20,000 nucleotides of DNA from Catajapyx aquilonaris (taxonomy: Eukaryota). Under the pieces are notes generated by a model. It saw only the letters and a list, made by a program, of their open reading frames with translations. It did no database searches and had not been told where the DNA came from. A program made the translations under genes and the position numbers. The stretch lies in contig JYFJ02001380.1 of the NCBI GenBank assembly GCA_000934665.2, forward strand, positions 61,957 through 81,956, given 5' to 3'. Below are positions 8,370 to 18,975 of the stretch, in pieces (position 1 is the first letter of the stretch; the number at the start of each line of letters is the position of its first letter).

Positions 8370-10280
8370 ATGTTTTATAAAGTTGTCTTTTGCACCTACT
8401 TCTTTTGTTGGTCAGCTTGTGCAAAAGTGACTACAATATCAGAGGATGAAAGTGAAGAGACACTTTTGGCAAAGGTGGTGTCCAGGATGCACCAGGAGAA
8501 CACTCGACTGGTCAACTGCACCTTGGTCATCCTGCACGATGGACGAGTACTGGACAATGGTCTGGAGAACCTAATCACTAGTGTGGACGTCCCAGTGGTG
8601 GTTGCTTCACTGGAGGAGAATCCGAAGAATGTGGACGAGAGGGAATTGGTGATCCTGAAATCGGGGCAGTGCTTCTTCATTCTTGTTCACTCCAAATTTA
8701 ATTTGATTGATCAATTACTCGATCGATTTGCTAGTGGCCTGAGATATTGGAAAATCACTCGTGACATCATCGTGTTCCATGTCCGTGATGGGTTTCTTCG
8801 TGAAGTATTAGGATGGGAATCTCCACATTACAAGTACAGAGTGGGTGTGGACAATCTGAAGATCGTAAATGGTAATGTAACGTTTAGTTTGCTTTCCGCA
8901 TGCTACTTCTGCCAGGAAGGAAAATACTCCGTCGACGCACTGTCTACAGAGACGCCATTTGAAGAATTACACCAGGACTTCGTAGTGGACTTTCACGGGA
9001 GAGCCATTCACGTGGCTAATCCATTTCCTTTTTTAAATCCATACTTGGAACAATACCTGCATTACACAACTGGAATGCACGAGGGTAGTGAGAGGGACAT
9101 CTACACTCACTATTATGAAATCAATCTATTAAGATTCGATCACTCTTATACTTTCACACACCCTTATCGAATGGAGAGTTTCTACATTCTAACAAAAGGT
9201 CATCCTCCAACCATGACTTGGTCGGTGCTTCTCTTTCCCTTCACCTGGCAGGTGACACTGCCTTTCGTGACCGTGATATTGGTAGTCACCACATTGCTTT
9301 GCCATCTCTCGAAACAAAGTCAAAGCAATTCTACGAATCGTATCAATTTTGTCTCCATCCTTGTCCTCAAAGTGTACCCACCCCTTTTGTGCCAGTCCAT
9401 CGAAATGAAAGACTTGAAACCTGCTGCGACCTGGATCTTCTGCATGTATTCCTTCTTCTGCGTCCAGATGTCCAACTTCTACACTTCAGACATGGTCGGA
9501 ATGTTCATGGATAAATCCATTAATAATGTGGATTCCCTGAAGGATCTTGTGGACATGGGCTACAAGTGGGGGACCAGCAGAAACGACAAGTTTTATTTCG
9601 ATTCCTTTGCGGACGTGACCGAGATTGAATTGGAACATGTGATCACAAAAGGGATGGAATACTCAGGTAAGGAAGAGTATGGAGACTTCATGGAAGAATG
9701 CATTATGAGAGCAATGATGGAGACGTTTGCTTGTTTCGTACTAGAATACCCCTGGAACATGGTGAGCCTGGCACAGTACAATTCTGCAGACGATGAACTT
9801 CATATTGATCAGATTCACGCGGTACGAAGTGGACTACCACTCGTGATGATGGGAATAGTCACTATGGCAAAGTACTCTGTTATTTACGAATCTCTCCAAC
9901 GAGGTGTGTTGAGATACATTGACTGCGGAATACTTTATTACAACACGTACGTCTTATTCCAACATATCAAGCACTCTCTGCTGGTGATGTCGTCCAATAA
10001 ACGAAAAATTGCATCAGATGGAAATAATTTAAAAGGACTCCAACTGATGCAATTGGAATCGCCATTTCTGGCCCTATGTGTTGGACTATGTGTGTCATTG
10101 GCTTGCTTATTTTGCGAAATTGCCAAAGCGAAGTGTCTTGGTGCAATTCTTGCTAGGAAATGTGAGCCTACTCCTCCCCGTGTAATCGACAATAAACCGC
10201 CAGGAAAGGTATGCGTGCCACACTCGAACCCATTCGATATACAGGGTACATCAGAAGTAAATTCTGAAACAAGCCTATAG
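8370..10280 (+). CDS. Divergent ionotropic receptor, copy C, 636 aa
   Basis: Intact ORF with a signal peptide and the same IR motif order as copy A. It is the closest paralog of copy E. Confidence 0.88.
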   Translation: MFYKVVFCTYFFCWSACAKVTTISEDESEETLLAKVVSRMHQENTRLVNCTLVILHDGRVLDNGLENLITSVDVPVVVASLEENPKNVDERELVILKSGQCFFILVHSKFNLIDQLLDRFASGLRYWKITRDIIVFHVRDGFLREVLGWESPHYKYRVGVDNLKIVNGNVTFSLLSACYFCQEGKYSVDALSTETPFEELHQDFVVDFHGRAIHVANPFPFLNPYLEQYLHYTTGMHEGSERDIYTHYYEINLLRFDHSYTFTHPYRMESFYILTKGHPPTMTWSVLLFPFTWQVTLPFVTVILVVTTLLCHLSKQSQSNSTNRINFVSILVLKVYPPLLCQSIEMKDLKPAATWIFCMYSFFCVQMSNFYTSDMVGMFMDKSINNVDSLKDLVDMGYKWGTSRNDKFYFDSFADVTEIELEHVITKGMEYSGKEEYGDFMEECIMRAMMETFACFVLEYPWNMVSLAQYNSADDELHIDQIHAVRSGLPLVMMGIVTMAKYSVIYESLQRGVLRYIDCGILYYNTYVLFQHIKHSLLVMSSNKRKIASDGNNLKGLQLMQLESPFLALCVGLCVSLACLFCEIAKAKCLGAILARKCEPTPPRVIDNKPPGKVCVPHSNPFDIQGTSEVNSETSL

Positions 10281-10324
10281 TATTTAAACTGTAATGCTCA
10301 TTTTGACTGGCATAACTGTTAATT

Positions 10325-10396
10325 TTTGAGGACTTGTGTGGGGGTGGGGGGGCTAACCAAGATCGCCCCCCCCCCCAAGCTCTATATCCGGCCCTG
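10325..10396. mobile_element. Possible solo end of a hAT-like MITE
   Basis: G and C runs followed by atccggccctg (reverse complement CAGGGCCGGAT), which resembles common hAT-type termini. No partner end was found. Confidence 0.3.
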
Positions 10397-11093
10397 GCTC
10401 TGACAACTATACAGTGCTGAGAGGCTCAATACTCTCATGTCACTCACTCACTCACGAGTCCCTATATGCCTACACGGGCTGAATATATTAGTTATATTCT
10501 TAAAATAATGGGAAAAGTAGGACCGGTCAACAAACCTAATTTTTACACTATACTGTATACGTGTCCCACAAGCAGTATTTTCAGCAATGAGAACGTGCAC
10601 GTAATGCTTCTAGTTGAATAAAAAAACATACTAGCAGAAGTAGGTGTCCCTTCTGTCATAATGTCATAATATGAATAATTGCTCTCACTGTCCTACTTAA
10701 GTGAAGGAAATTATTTTGTTTTCCTCATATTATGTCTCCTTACACTTGTAATTCTGTATACGGCACGTTTGGATTGGTTTGGTTGTTTAGATTTGTGTAA
10801 GCTCCATTGTGATTTTCCTTAATATTAATATTATTCACACTCACGTGTCTTCATTCTATAAGTCAATAATATGTTACGTAACAAGCACCCAGGCTACACG
10901 TTGAGTTATTCTGCCATTGGCAGACACTTACGCCTGATAAATTTAGGAGATGTGGGAAAATCTATTGACGAGTCGTGATGTAATAATGATATCATGTGGC
11001 AAAATTTTCACGAACCAAGTGGGCAGTCCACACTTTGAGCTGTCTCATACTGGGATATACTTTGTGGCACTCTCAGTACAGGAATATGTAAAC

Positions 11094-11236
11094 ATGTTCT
11101 GGAAATGCGCATTCATTGCGCACTTACTTTTGTGGACAGTTTTTGCCGAAGTGACATTGACTACAAAATCTGAGGATCTGAGTGAAGAGACACTCTTTTG
11201 GCACAAGTGGTGTCCAGGATGAGCCAGGAGAACACT
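11094..11236 (+). pseudogene. 5' remnant of a copy-A-like IR (signal peptide region only)
   Basis: MFWKCAFIAHLLLWTVFAEVTLTTKSEDLSEETL, then a frameshift and gtggtgtccaggatgagccaggagaacact, then unrelated sequence. The upstream 10960-11093 matches 1430-1563. Confidence 0.85.
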
Positions 11237-11517
11237 ATTTTCGCAACATTTGCTCTTGAGTAGACTATTGGTAATTAATTCAAGAGGATACGCGTCAATC
11301 AAGTCGCACGGATCTTGATCAATCATGCACAGAAAATGCCTATTGTTCTGTCAAGCTGCTTATTTGGTATGATACCAAGAATATTGCGTAATAAATTCTC
11401 GAATCAATTAGTCCATCATGTTGCAAAGATATCAAGAAATCGTTCCGAGAACTACAGTGCGGAAAGGCTCAATGGCGTTGTCACTCACTCAAGAGTTACT
11501 ATGGACTTAATAATATA

Positions 11518-12597
11518 CTAGCAGGTTACCCGGCGTTGCCCGGGTATGTTGGGGTGCTGGTAAAGATATAGGGGTACATATCTGTGATAGATTACCTGCT
11601 TGTCTTATAGCGTACAGTCGACACGGATATTCTGATTGGATGTGTAAAGGGAGGAATGAGGATGGAGTTGGCCCAGGATAAGACTGCACAGCCATGTGCT
11701 TTTCCCTGCATTTTTGACCCCTTGACCCCTCAACCCCACTTCACACCCCCACCTCGTTCCATATGTTTGCTCTGAAGAACTTTAGAAATGTACGTACAGA
11801 TGTATGATGGGAAATTTTGTTTTCAACACGGAGTAATATTTTGCAAATGCTGTATTATTTAATTGTATTTACTTTGTCAGGAAGTCTACTTTCAAAACCC
11901 ACAAAATCCCGGAATTACCATAAGATACGAAGTCACGTGAGGTGGCCAATTAGCGTAATTGGTGGATGCGCAGAATTTACGGAGATGGTTTAATTTGCTA
12001 AGTATATTGTGGCATAAGGGCATTTCCTAGGGGAGACAAAGTGGCGCTGCGGAAACGTATGCTCCCACGGATGTTAAGGTTCCGGGTTCGATCCCAGCCC
12101 GAGGTTCCCTCCTTCATCCCGTGCAGAGTTGGGTACTCTCTGTCTTCGTTTCGGGTGGAATCTCCTCAGACTAATCCACCCGGGGGAGTTCACAAAATAT
12201 ACCGTTTGAGAATTGCACATGCGCCTTGCACATCCCCTCCCAGTCACCCTGCCCGTGGGCCCGGGCGCTACGTCAAAAAGGTTCCATCAGGACGAAATAA
12301 AGGTTCCCTCCCTGCGGTACGATGCAGGGAGGTAAATAGCTAAAAAAAATATAGGCATTTCCATGGGAATGCAAATTGATTTATTGCTATTATTGTAAGC
12401 TAATTGTTGAGGCAGGAATATGCGTGTTGTGGGAGTTAGGTTCATTTTAGGAAGCTGAAACATGCGGCGTTAGATTCCTTGGAAAAAGTAACCCCCGATA
12501 TGCTTATTTAAGGCGGTGTAGGGGCCTTCCCCTGGATTTCTATAAGGGACAAACATCCAAACTAACAATGAAGCTTCCTTATTTATAGATATAGAGA
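11518..12597 (-). mobile_element. Non-autonomous Helitron, apparently complete
   Basis: On the minus strand it begins TCTCTATATCTATAAA and ends with the hairpin TACCCGG-gcaacg-CCGGGTA followed by acctgCTAG. It is inserted between A and T with no TSD, and an empty-site paralog lies near 439-468. Confidence 0.85.
12028..12353 (+). mobile_element. tRNA-derived SINE nested in the Helitron
   Basis: A-box-like gtggcgctgcgg (12041-12052), B-box ggttcgatccc (12085-12095), a 3' stem-loop (12308-12331), an A-rich tail (12342-12349), and the flanking direct repeat ggcatttcc (12019-12027 and 12354-12362). Confidence 0.8.
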
Positions 12598-13093
12598 TTA
12601 ACCTTCTTAAAATCATGTAACAAAATGTGACACGTCTCCTACAGAAAAACATTCTGGATAAGCAGGGTGTATCATAATTATTGATTTCGACAATTAGTAA
12701 GGCTCAATCTTTTTCAGCAAAAGGCACGAATGACAGTGATTATGATGATTATTCAACCCCAATGATCGCACATATTTTATAATTATTAATACTGATACTG
12801 ATCAAATAACTTCATCCTCCACACTTTATGCAGACAAAACTCCCTAGCCACTCAGAGACACTATTTGGCTGCAAGAGAGTTGTCTCGCATCCTATTATGT
12901 TACTCGGTCATGTAATCAATGTTGCTTTAATAAACAATTAAAACATGTGGCAGGCTTTTAATGGATTGCAGATCACAGTGCAGATCCGTCAATCACCATG
13001 ATGTTGGTGCATCGAATTTTAATATCGCAAATCCACCTGTGTTCACATACTGCTGACAGGTCCATTACTCTTCAAGCCATTCGCAGTTTCAGC

Positions 13094-14893
13094 ATGGCTC
13101 TGAAAATCATTCTCGTAATATTTTTGCACTGTCTCATACCCATATGTGCAAACGTGACTCTGCGAGTGGTGGTCCAGGCTGATGAGCATCTATTGTCCCG
13201 AGTAGTGTCCAGGTTGAAAATGGACAACACCCGGTTGGCCCACTGCACTCTGGCCATCCTCCATGACTACAAGGTGCTACAGGATGGGTTAGAATACCTG
13301 CCAACAATGGCCAACTTACCATTCGTGATCGCCTCTCCTGGTGTCAATGCAAAAAGAGTGAATGAAAGTGAATTAGTGATCCAACAGTCGGGGCAGTGTT
13401 TTCTCATCCTGATTCGCTCTAGATTCAACTCCGTCTGGCCTCTTCTTGAACAATTCCGCAATACACTAAGATATGGCAACATATATCTTGACTTTATCGT
13501 ATTCTCCTCAAAAGACGGACAGCTCCACCATCTCATCATGTGGGAAGCTGCTCAGTTCAAGCACAGACTCGGATTAGACCAGTTGACAATTCAAGATGGT
13601 CAAGTGATCGTTGGATCCTTGTTGTCACCGTGCTACTTTTGCAACGAAGGTAACTACTCGTTCAACACGGTGCACAACGTTACTGATTTGTCCAATGTGT
13701 TTTCTGACTCGACTTTCAATATGAACCGCAGAGAAATGTACGTTATCAATATAAATCCTTATCTCAACTCGTACTTGGAGAAGTATTTGAACTACAGCAC
13801 AACAGAACACGACAACAGAACGATGTATGCGACCGCACAAAATACTGCCATAGTACATCCACAGTATTCCAGCTACTCTCAGCCGTACCGAATGGACAAG
13901 ATGTTAATAGTGACCAAAAAGTTCGAATCATCAATGGCCTGGGCTGTTCTTGTTCCGTTTTCATGGAAGTTCGCACTGGTCATTTCAAGTCTCGTTTTAT
14001 TCCTTGCAATCGCACTATTTGTGATTTTAAAAGGAAATCGGACATACAGCGGCTGTCGATTAGTAGACATTTTAGTGCTTAAAATATGGCCGCCTCTTGT
14101 AAACCAACCGATCAAATTGTCCGTGTTAACACCAGCTGCGACCTGGATATGCTGCACTTACTCCATCTTCTGCCTTGTTCTTTACAATTTCTTCACATCC
14201 AACATGGTCGGCTTGTTCGTGGACAATCCGGTGAAAAACGTGGATTCTCTAAAAGACCTAGTGGACATGGGTTACAAATGGGGCACTGGAGACCAATTTT
14301 ACTTCGATTCGTTTATCAACATGACGGACAATCCGTTGGTGCAACAAATAGTAAGTGAAGCTGAACCGTACGGATCAGATTACTACACATTCCTGTACCT
14401 TTGTGTCCAGCGTGCTTTGTCTGAAAGGTACGCCTGTTTCGTCCAGCAGACCTCTTGGAACTCAATCAGAGATCCAGACAATATCTTTCATGAGGACCAG
14501 CTTCATGTGGTGGCCAGTGAGTTGCCCATTTTGATGGGCGGAGTTCAAATGGAGCTGAATTCGGTCATAACCGAGCCCATCAGACGAGGCGTGATGAGAT
14601 ATATTGACTTTGGTTTGAGCCTGCACCTCCAATGGGTGCTGGTTCAGGAGATGAGGGAACTTCAGAAGATGGTTTGGTTCAAGGAAGGGAAGATGACTGG
14701 TGAAGATGGAGGACCAAAGTCTTTAGAGTTGCGTCATTTGACCTCACCTTTTCTGTCTCTTGCCTTTGGATTTGGAGCATCTTTGGTGGTCATTTTGTGT
14801 GAAATTTTGTGCTCAAGATGTAAAACGAGGTATGGAAATGTCTCCAATAACGCTCTTGCTAACCCTGAAACAAATCTGATTTTTACACTTTAA
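13094..14893 (+). CDS. Divergent ionotropic receptor, copy D (distinct subtype), about 599 aa
   Basis: Intact ORF. The ATG at 13094 gives the signal peptide MALKIILVIFLHCLIPICA and is kept in paralog F, while the ATG at 12998 is not. Motifs: CYFC, YSQPY, VPFSWK, FFTSNMVGLF, VDSLKDLVDMGYKW, YIDFGL. Confidence 0.87.
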   Translation: MALKIILVIFLHCLIPICANVTLRVVVQADEHLLSRVVSRLKMDNTRLAHCTLAILHDYKVLQDGLEYLPTMANLPFVIASPGVNAKRVNESELVIQQSGQCFLILIRSRFNSVWPLLEQFRNTLRYGNIYLDFIVFSSKDGQLHHLIMWEAAQFKHRLGLDQLTIQDGQVIVGSLLSPCYFCNEGNYSFNTVHNVTDLSNVFSDSTFNMNRREMYVININPYLNSYLEKYLNYSTTEHDNRTMYATAQNTAIVHPQYSSYSQPYRMDKMLIVTKKFESSMAWAVLVPFSWKFALVISSLVLFLAIALFVILKGNRTYSGCRLVDILVLKIWPPLVNQPIKLSVLTPAATWICCTYSIFCLVLYNFFTSNMVGLFVDNPVKNVDSLKDLVDMGYKWGTGDQFYFDSFINMTDNPLVQQIVSEAEPYGSDYYTFLYLCVQRALSERYACFVQQTSWNSIRDPDNIFHEDQLHVVASELPILMGGVQMELNSVITEPIRRGVMRYIDFGLSLHLQWVLVQEMRELQKMVWFKEGKMTGEDGGPKSLELRHLTSPFLSLAFGFGASLVVILCEILCSRCKTRYGNVSNNALANPETNLIFTL

Positions 14894-14912
14894 ATTCAGT
14901 AAACAAATCTGA

Positions 14913-16463
14913 TAGCAAGAGCTAATAACTGAGAGCATGTGGCCAGTCCTTTGCCGTGACTACACCTCTGAACTAGTAGTGTGTAGTGATTGGGTAGCGA
15001 TTGGTTTCCCTCTGGCGCGACTAGGCGGAACCAAGAAAGGAACATTTGTCTCTCCCACAGAGGCGTGTCTACTTCAGGGGGGTCAACTCTTTCTGTTCCT
15101 CACTTATCACCTTGGGTTGGGGTGGGTGCGAAGAAAGGCCCCAGGGCTCCTGGACTTTGACCCCCCCCCCCCTGCCCAGATGGGGTCAGATAAGTGAGAC
15201 CCTTCCTAATCTACCCTCCTTGGGCTTATAGCAGATGGGGTAGTGCCGTAGTGGACTTTCTAAACTAATCCGATAACTTTTTTTAAAGACGCACCTGTTT
15301 GCATTTTTGACAGCAAAATAATATGAATTCTAAGGTGTCGAAAACCTATATTTTCATACCTGATTCATACCAGCCATGTCAAAAGTACTGTAGATCAAGC
15401 ATGATAACTTCAACAAGTTTTCTTAATATGCACATGGGTTTCCGTGGGCCTGTTTGTGACATGCCTGGTACGAATCGAGTATGAAAAGATAGGTTTTCGA
15501 CACCTTAGAATTCATATTAGCCGTCAAAAATGCAATAAGGTGCGTCCTTAAAAAGTTAGCGGATTATTTTAAAAGGTTCACTTCCCTACCTGATATAAGC
15601 CCGAGGAGGGTAGATTAGGAAGGGTCTGATTTATCTGACCCCCTGCTACTGTGACCAGCCCAAACCCTTGCACTGATGCAATTTACAGCTCTACCGTTTT
15701 TTAAAAAAGTTCATCATATTCTGATTCCTACTATATAGCCTACTGTATACCTGTTAAGTAGATCAAAAATTCACTTTGTTGTTGATTTTCATTTCAGTTT
15801 TGCCAACGATTAAAAACAATCAAAAACGCGCCGTTTTTGATCTAACGCGTCTGGTGCACCCGCCACTAAATCTTTAGCTGATGACTTGCAAGCATTTTGA
15901 TTTGTAAGGACGCTGTGGAGCCTATGAGTGCATATAAAGACGTGACTAGGCGAGTGCCCAACCACGCGGGCAAAATTGAAGCCAAATGACATTTTCTTTT
16001 CCCAGGTGTTTGACCTCTTTTCCTGCTCTGCCCCTACCTGTCACCCTCGACTTGCTGGTATGGTTTATGTGCCCCCGAGGCGAGCGAGTCTTTTTTGGGA
16101 ACTCCGCCCAATAACCTTGCCCCCCCGCGGACCACCTTCTAGGAAGAGGAGCCCATGTGTGCGATTCTGGGTCTCTGAAGAAACTGGTGTCTGATTGGCC
16201 ACTGGCCGAGTGGGCAGGACCTTCCTCCAAGGAGGGAGGGGCTGCCTCAATAGCCTTGGTGGGGGGACTCGTCGTCTTTCGTGACGTACAGGTCTCGTGA
16301 CGTATCCATAGCTTTTTTTCCATGCATCCCTACCGTGTAATTTGAGCTGCTGTCAAACGGGCGAGCCCGTCTGGGGAGTCGCCAGTTCCGCCCAGAGGAT
16401 GAGGAACCCAGCTATATGCAAAGGATAGGGCACTCGGAGGTTCTCAGTTATTAGCTCTTGCTA
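14913..16463. mobile_element. Non-autonomous DNA element with 22-bp perfect terminal inverted repeats
   Basis: tagcaagagctaataactgaga (14913-14934) and tctcagttattagctcttgcta (16442-16463). No transposase ORF was recognised. Paralogous intergenic sequence (compare 10573 onward) resumes right after it. Confidence 0.78.
15182..15642. mobile_element. Degenerate MITE/foldback nested in the 22-bp-TIR element
   Basis: About 15182-15381 pairs with about 15457-15642, for example atatgaattctaaggtgtcgaaaacctat with ataggttttcgacaccttagaattcatat, with several indels. Confidence 0.82.
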
Positions 16464-16494
16464 ATAGGCAGTATTTTCAGCAATGAGAGAAGTC

Positions 16495-16849
16495 ACTCAA
16501 TGTTTCGAGTTGAACAAATCAATCATCCATTTTCTCCAAACCTTTTAACTTGTGAAGTTAATACTATTCGCCTGTTGAACAAATAGTGATATCCTTTCCA
16601 CACCTTGGGTGTGACATGTGTGCACAGTTTTAGTCGGCATGAAATCCGCGCCTTTTACACACCCCCTGAATAATTCAAGACCCGATATGTCAGTCATGTT
16701 TCAATTATTAATAACCAAATGCGCAAAACTTCAGTGTGTTACAACTATAGCCAATTCAGATCGCACTTTTGCAACAGTGAGACCTCCGTAACTTTATGGC
16801 TTTGAAGAAAGTTTATTGATAAAAGTGTTTCTGGACATACGACACAAAA
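16495..16849 (+). promoter_or_regulatory. Conserved upstream region of copy E
   Basis: Paralog of 8014-8369. Confidence 0.55.
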
Positions 16850-18772
16850 ATGTATTATAAAGTTGTCCTTTGCACCTACTTATTTTTGTGGTCAGCTTGT
16901 GCAGAAGTGACTAGAAACTCTGCGGATGAAAGTGAAGAGACACTCTTGGCACAAGCAGTGGCCAGGATGATCCAGGAGAACACCCGACTGGTCAACTGCA
17001 CCTTGGCCATCCTGCACGATGGACGAGTACTGGACAATGGTCTGGAGAAACTAATCACTAGTGTGGACGTCCCAGTGGTGGTTGCTTCACTGGAGGAGAA
17101 TACGAAGAGTGTGGACGAGAGGGAATTGGTGATCCAGCAATCTGGGCAGTGCTTCTTGATTCTTGTTCATTCCAAATTTAATTTGATTGATCAATTACTC
17201 AATCGGTTTGCTAGTGGCCTGAGATATTGGAAAATCACTCGTGACTTGATCGTGTACCACGAACGTGATGGGTTTCTTCGTGAAGTATTAGGATGGGAAT
17301 CTGCAAATTACAAGTACAGAGTGGGTGTGGACAATCTGACGAAGATTGTAAACGGCAATGTAACATTTAGGTTGCTTTCCGCGTGCTACTTCTGCCAGCA
17401 AGGAAAATACTCTGTCGAAGTACTGTCATCAGAGACCCCATTTGAAGACCTATACAAGGACAATCCAGTAAACCTTCACAGAAAACCTTTTGACGAGCAG
17501 AACCACTTTTATTCTTTAATAAATCCCTACTTGGAACAATACCTGAATTACGTAACTGCAAAGAACGAGACCCATGAGACGGACCTCTACGCTCCGTATC
17601 ATGAAATCAATTTATTAAGAGTAGATCACTCTTATACTTTCACACACCCTTATCGAATGGAGTGTTTTTTAATTCTAACCAGAGGTCATCCTCCAACAAT
17701 GACTTATTCTGTGATTCTCAATCCTTTCACCTGGCAGGTGACACTGGCTATCGTGACTCTGATATTTGTAGTCACCACATTGCTTTGCCATCTCTCGAAA
17801 CCAGGCCAAATAACTTCGACATATCGCATCAATTTTGTCACTATCCTTGCCCTGAAGGTGTGCCCACCCCTTTTGTGCCAGTCCATCGAAATGAAAGACT
17901 TGAGACCTGCTGCGACCTGGCTATTCTGCATGCATTTCTTCTTCTGTGTCCTGATGTGCAACTACTACACTTCAGACATGGTCGGACTATTCATGGATAA
18001 ATCCGTTAAAAACGTTGATTCACTGAGGGATCTTGTGGACATGGGCTACAAGTGGGGTGCCAGCGGAGAGGACAAGTCTTATTTCTATTCATTTGCGAAC
18101 GTGACCGAGATTGAATTGGAAAAGGTGATCACCAAAGGGATCGAATACTCAGATGAGGAGGATTATGGAGACTTCATGAGAGAATGCATTATGAGAGCAA
18201 TGATGGAGAGGTTTGCTTGTTTCATGCCAGAATACGCCTGGAACTTAATGAGCCTGGAAAAATACTTTTCTGTAGCGGAAGAACTTCATATTGATCAGAT
18301 TCACGCGGTACGAAGTGAACTGCCACTCATAATGGTAGGAATAGTAACTAAGGCAAAGTACTCGGTTATTTACGAATCTCTCCAACGAGGTGTGATGAGA
18401 TACATTGATTGTGGATTCCTTCATTACGACACGTACGTCAAGATCCAACAAGACAAAGATTTTCTCCTGGTGAAGTCGTCCAATGAACGAAAAATTGCAT
18501 CAGATGGAAATAATTTAAAAGGACTCCAACTGATGCAATTGAAATCGCCATTTCTGGCCCTATGGGTTGGACTCTGTGTGTCATTGGCTTGCTTGTTTTG
18601 CGAAATTGCAAAAGCGAAGTGTCTTGGTGAAATTCTTGCTAGGAAACGTGAGCCTACTCCTCCCCGTGTAATCGACAAACCGCCAGGAGAGATATGCGTG
18701 CCACACTCGAACCCATTCGATATACAGGGTACAGAAGTAAATCCCGAAACAAACCTGGTCTTCACACTTTGA
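16850..18772 (+). CDS. Divergent ionotropic receptor, copy E, 640 aa
   Basis: Intact ORF with a signal peptide and the full IR motif order, ending NPETNLVFTL. Confidence 0.88.
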   Translation: MYYKVVLCTYLFLWSACAEVTRNSADESEETLLAQAVARMIQENTRLVNCTLAILHDGRVLDNGLEKLITSVDVPVVVASLEENTKSVDERELVIQQSGQCFLILVHSKFNLIDQLLNRFASGLRYWKITRDLIVYHERDGFLREVLGWESANYKYRVGVDNLTKIVNGNVTFRLLSACYFCQQGKYSVEVLSSETPFEDLYKDNPVNLHRKPFDEQNHFYSLINPYLEQYLNYVTAKNETHETDLYAPYHEINLLRVDHSYTFTHPYRMECFLILTRGHPPTMTYSVILNPFTWQVTLAIVTLIFVVTTLLCHLSKPGQITSTYRINFVTILALKVCPPLLCQSIEMKDLRPAATWLFCMHFFFCVLMCNYYTSDMVGLFMDKSVKNVDSLRDLVDMGYKWGASGEDKSYFYSFANVTEIELEKVITKGIEYSDEEDYGDFMRECIMRAMMERFACFMPEYAWNLMSLEKYFSVAEELHIDQIHAVRSELPLIMVGIVTKAKYSVIYESLQRGVMRYIDCGFLHYDTYVKIQQDKDFLLVKSSNERKIASDGNNLKGLQLMQLKSPFLALWVGLCVSLACLFCEIAKAKCLGEILARKREPTPPRVIDKPPGEICVPHSNPFDIQGTEVNPETNLVFTL

Positions 18773-18846
18773 AGTGTCTATTTGGGTGCTATCTCATATC
18801 CTACTATGTACTGGTAATGAATAAGTAGTTTTGAATGATTCGGCTG

Positions 18847-18975
18847 TTAATGGATTGTAGATCTCAGTACAGATCCTTCAATCAGCGTACTGTTGGCGTC
18901 GAATTTTAACATCGTAAACAGGGCTCGCACACTGTTGACAGGTCCATTACTCTGCATGCCCTGCGTACTTACAGG
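18847..18975 (+). promoter_or_regulatory. Upstream region of pseudogene F, paralogous to 12958-13093 of copy D
   Basis: Both have ttaatggattg(c/t)agatc...tgacaggtccattactc, and both end in a CAG one base before the ATG. Confidence 0.5.

Noticed and set aside
12030..12100. tRNA gene
   Set aside because: A/B boxes are present but I see no convincing cloverleaf, and the body, A tail and flanking repeat favour a SINE.
12998..13093. Upstream ATG extension of copy D
   Set aside because: It is not conserved in paralog F and would bury the signal peptide.
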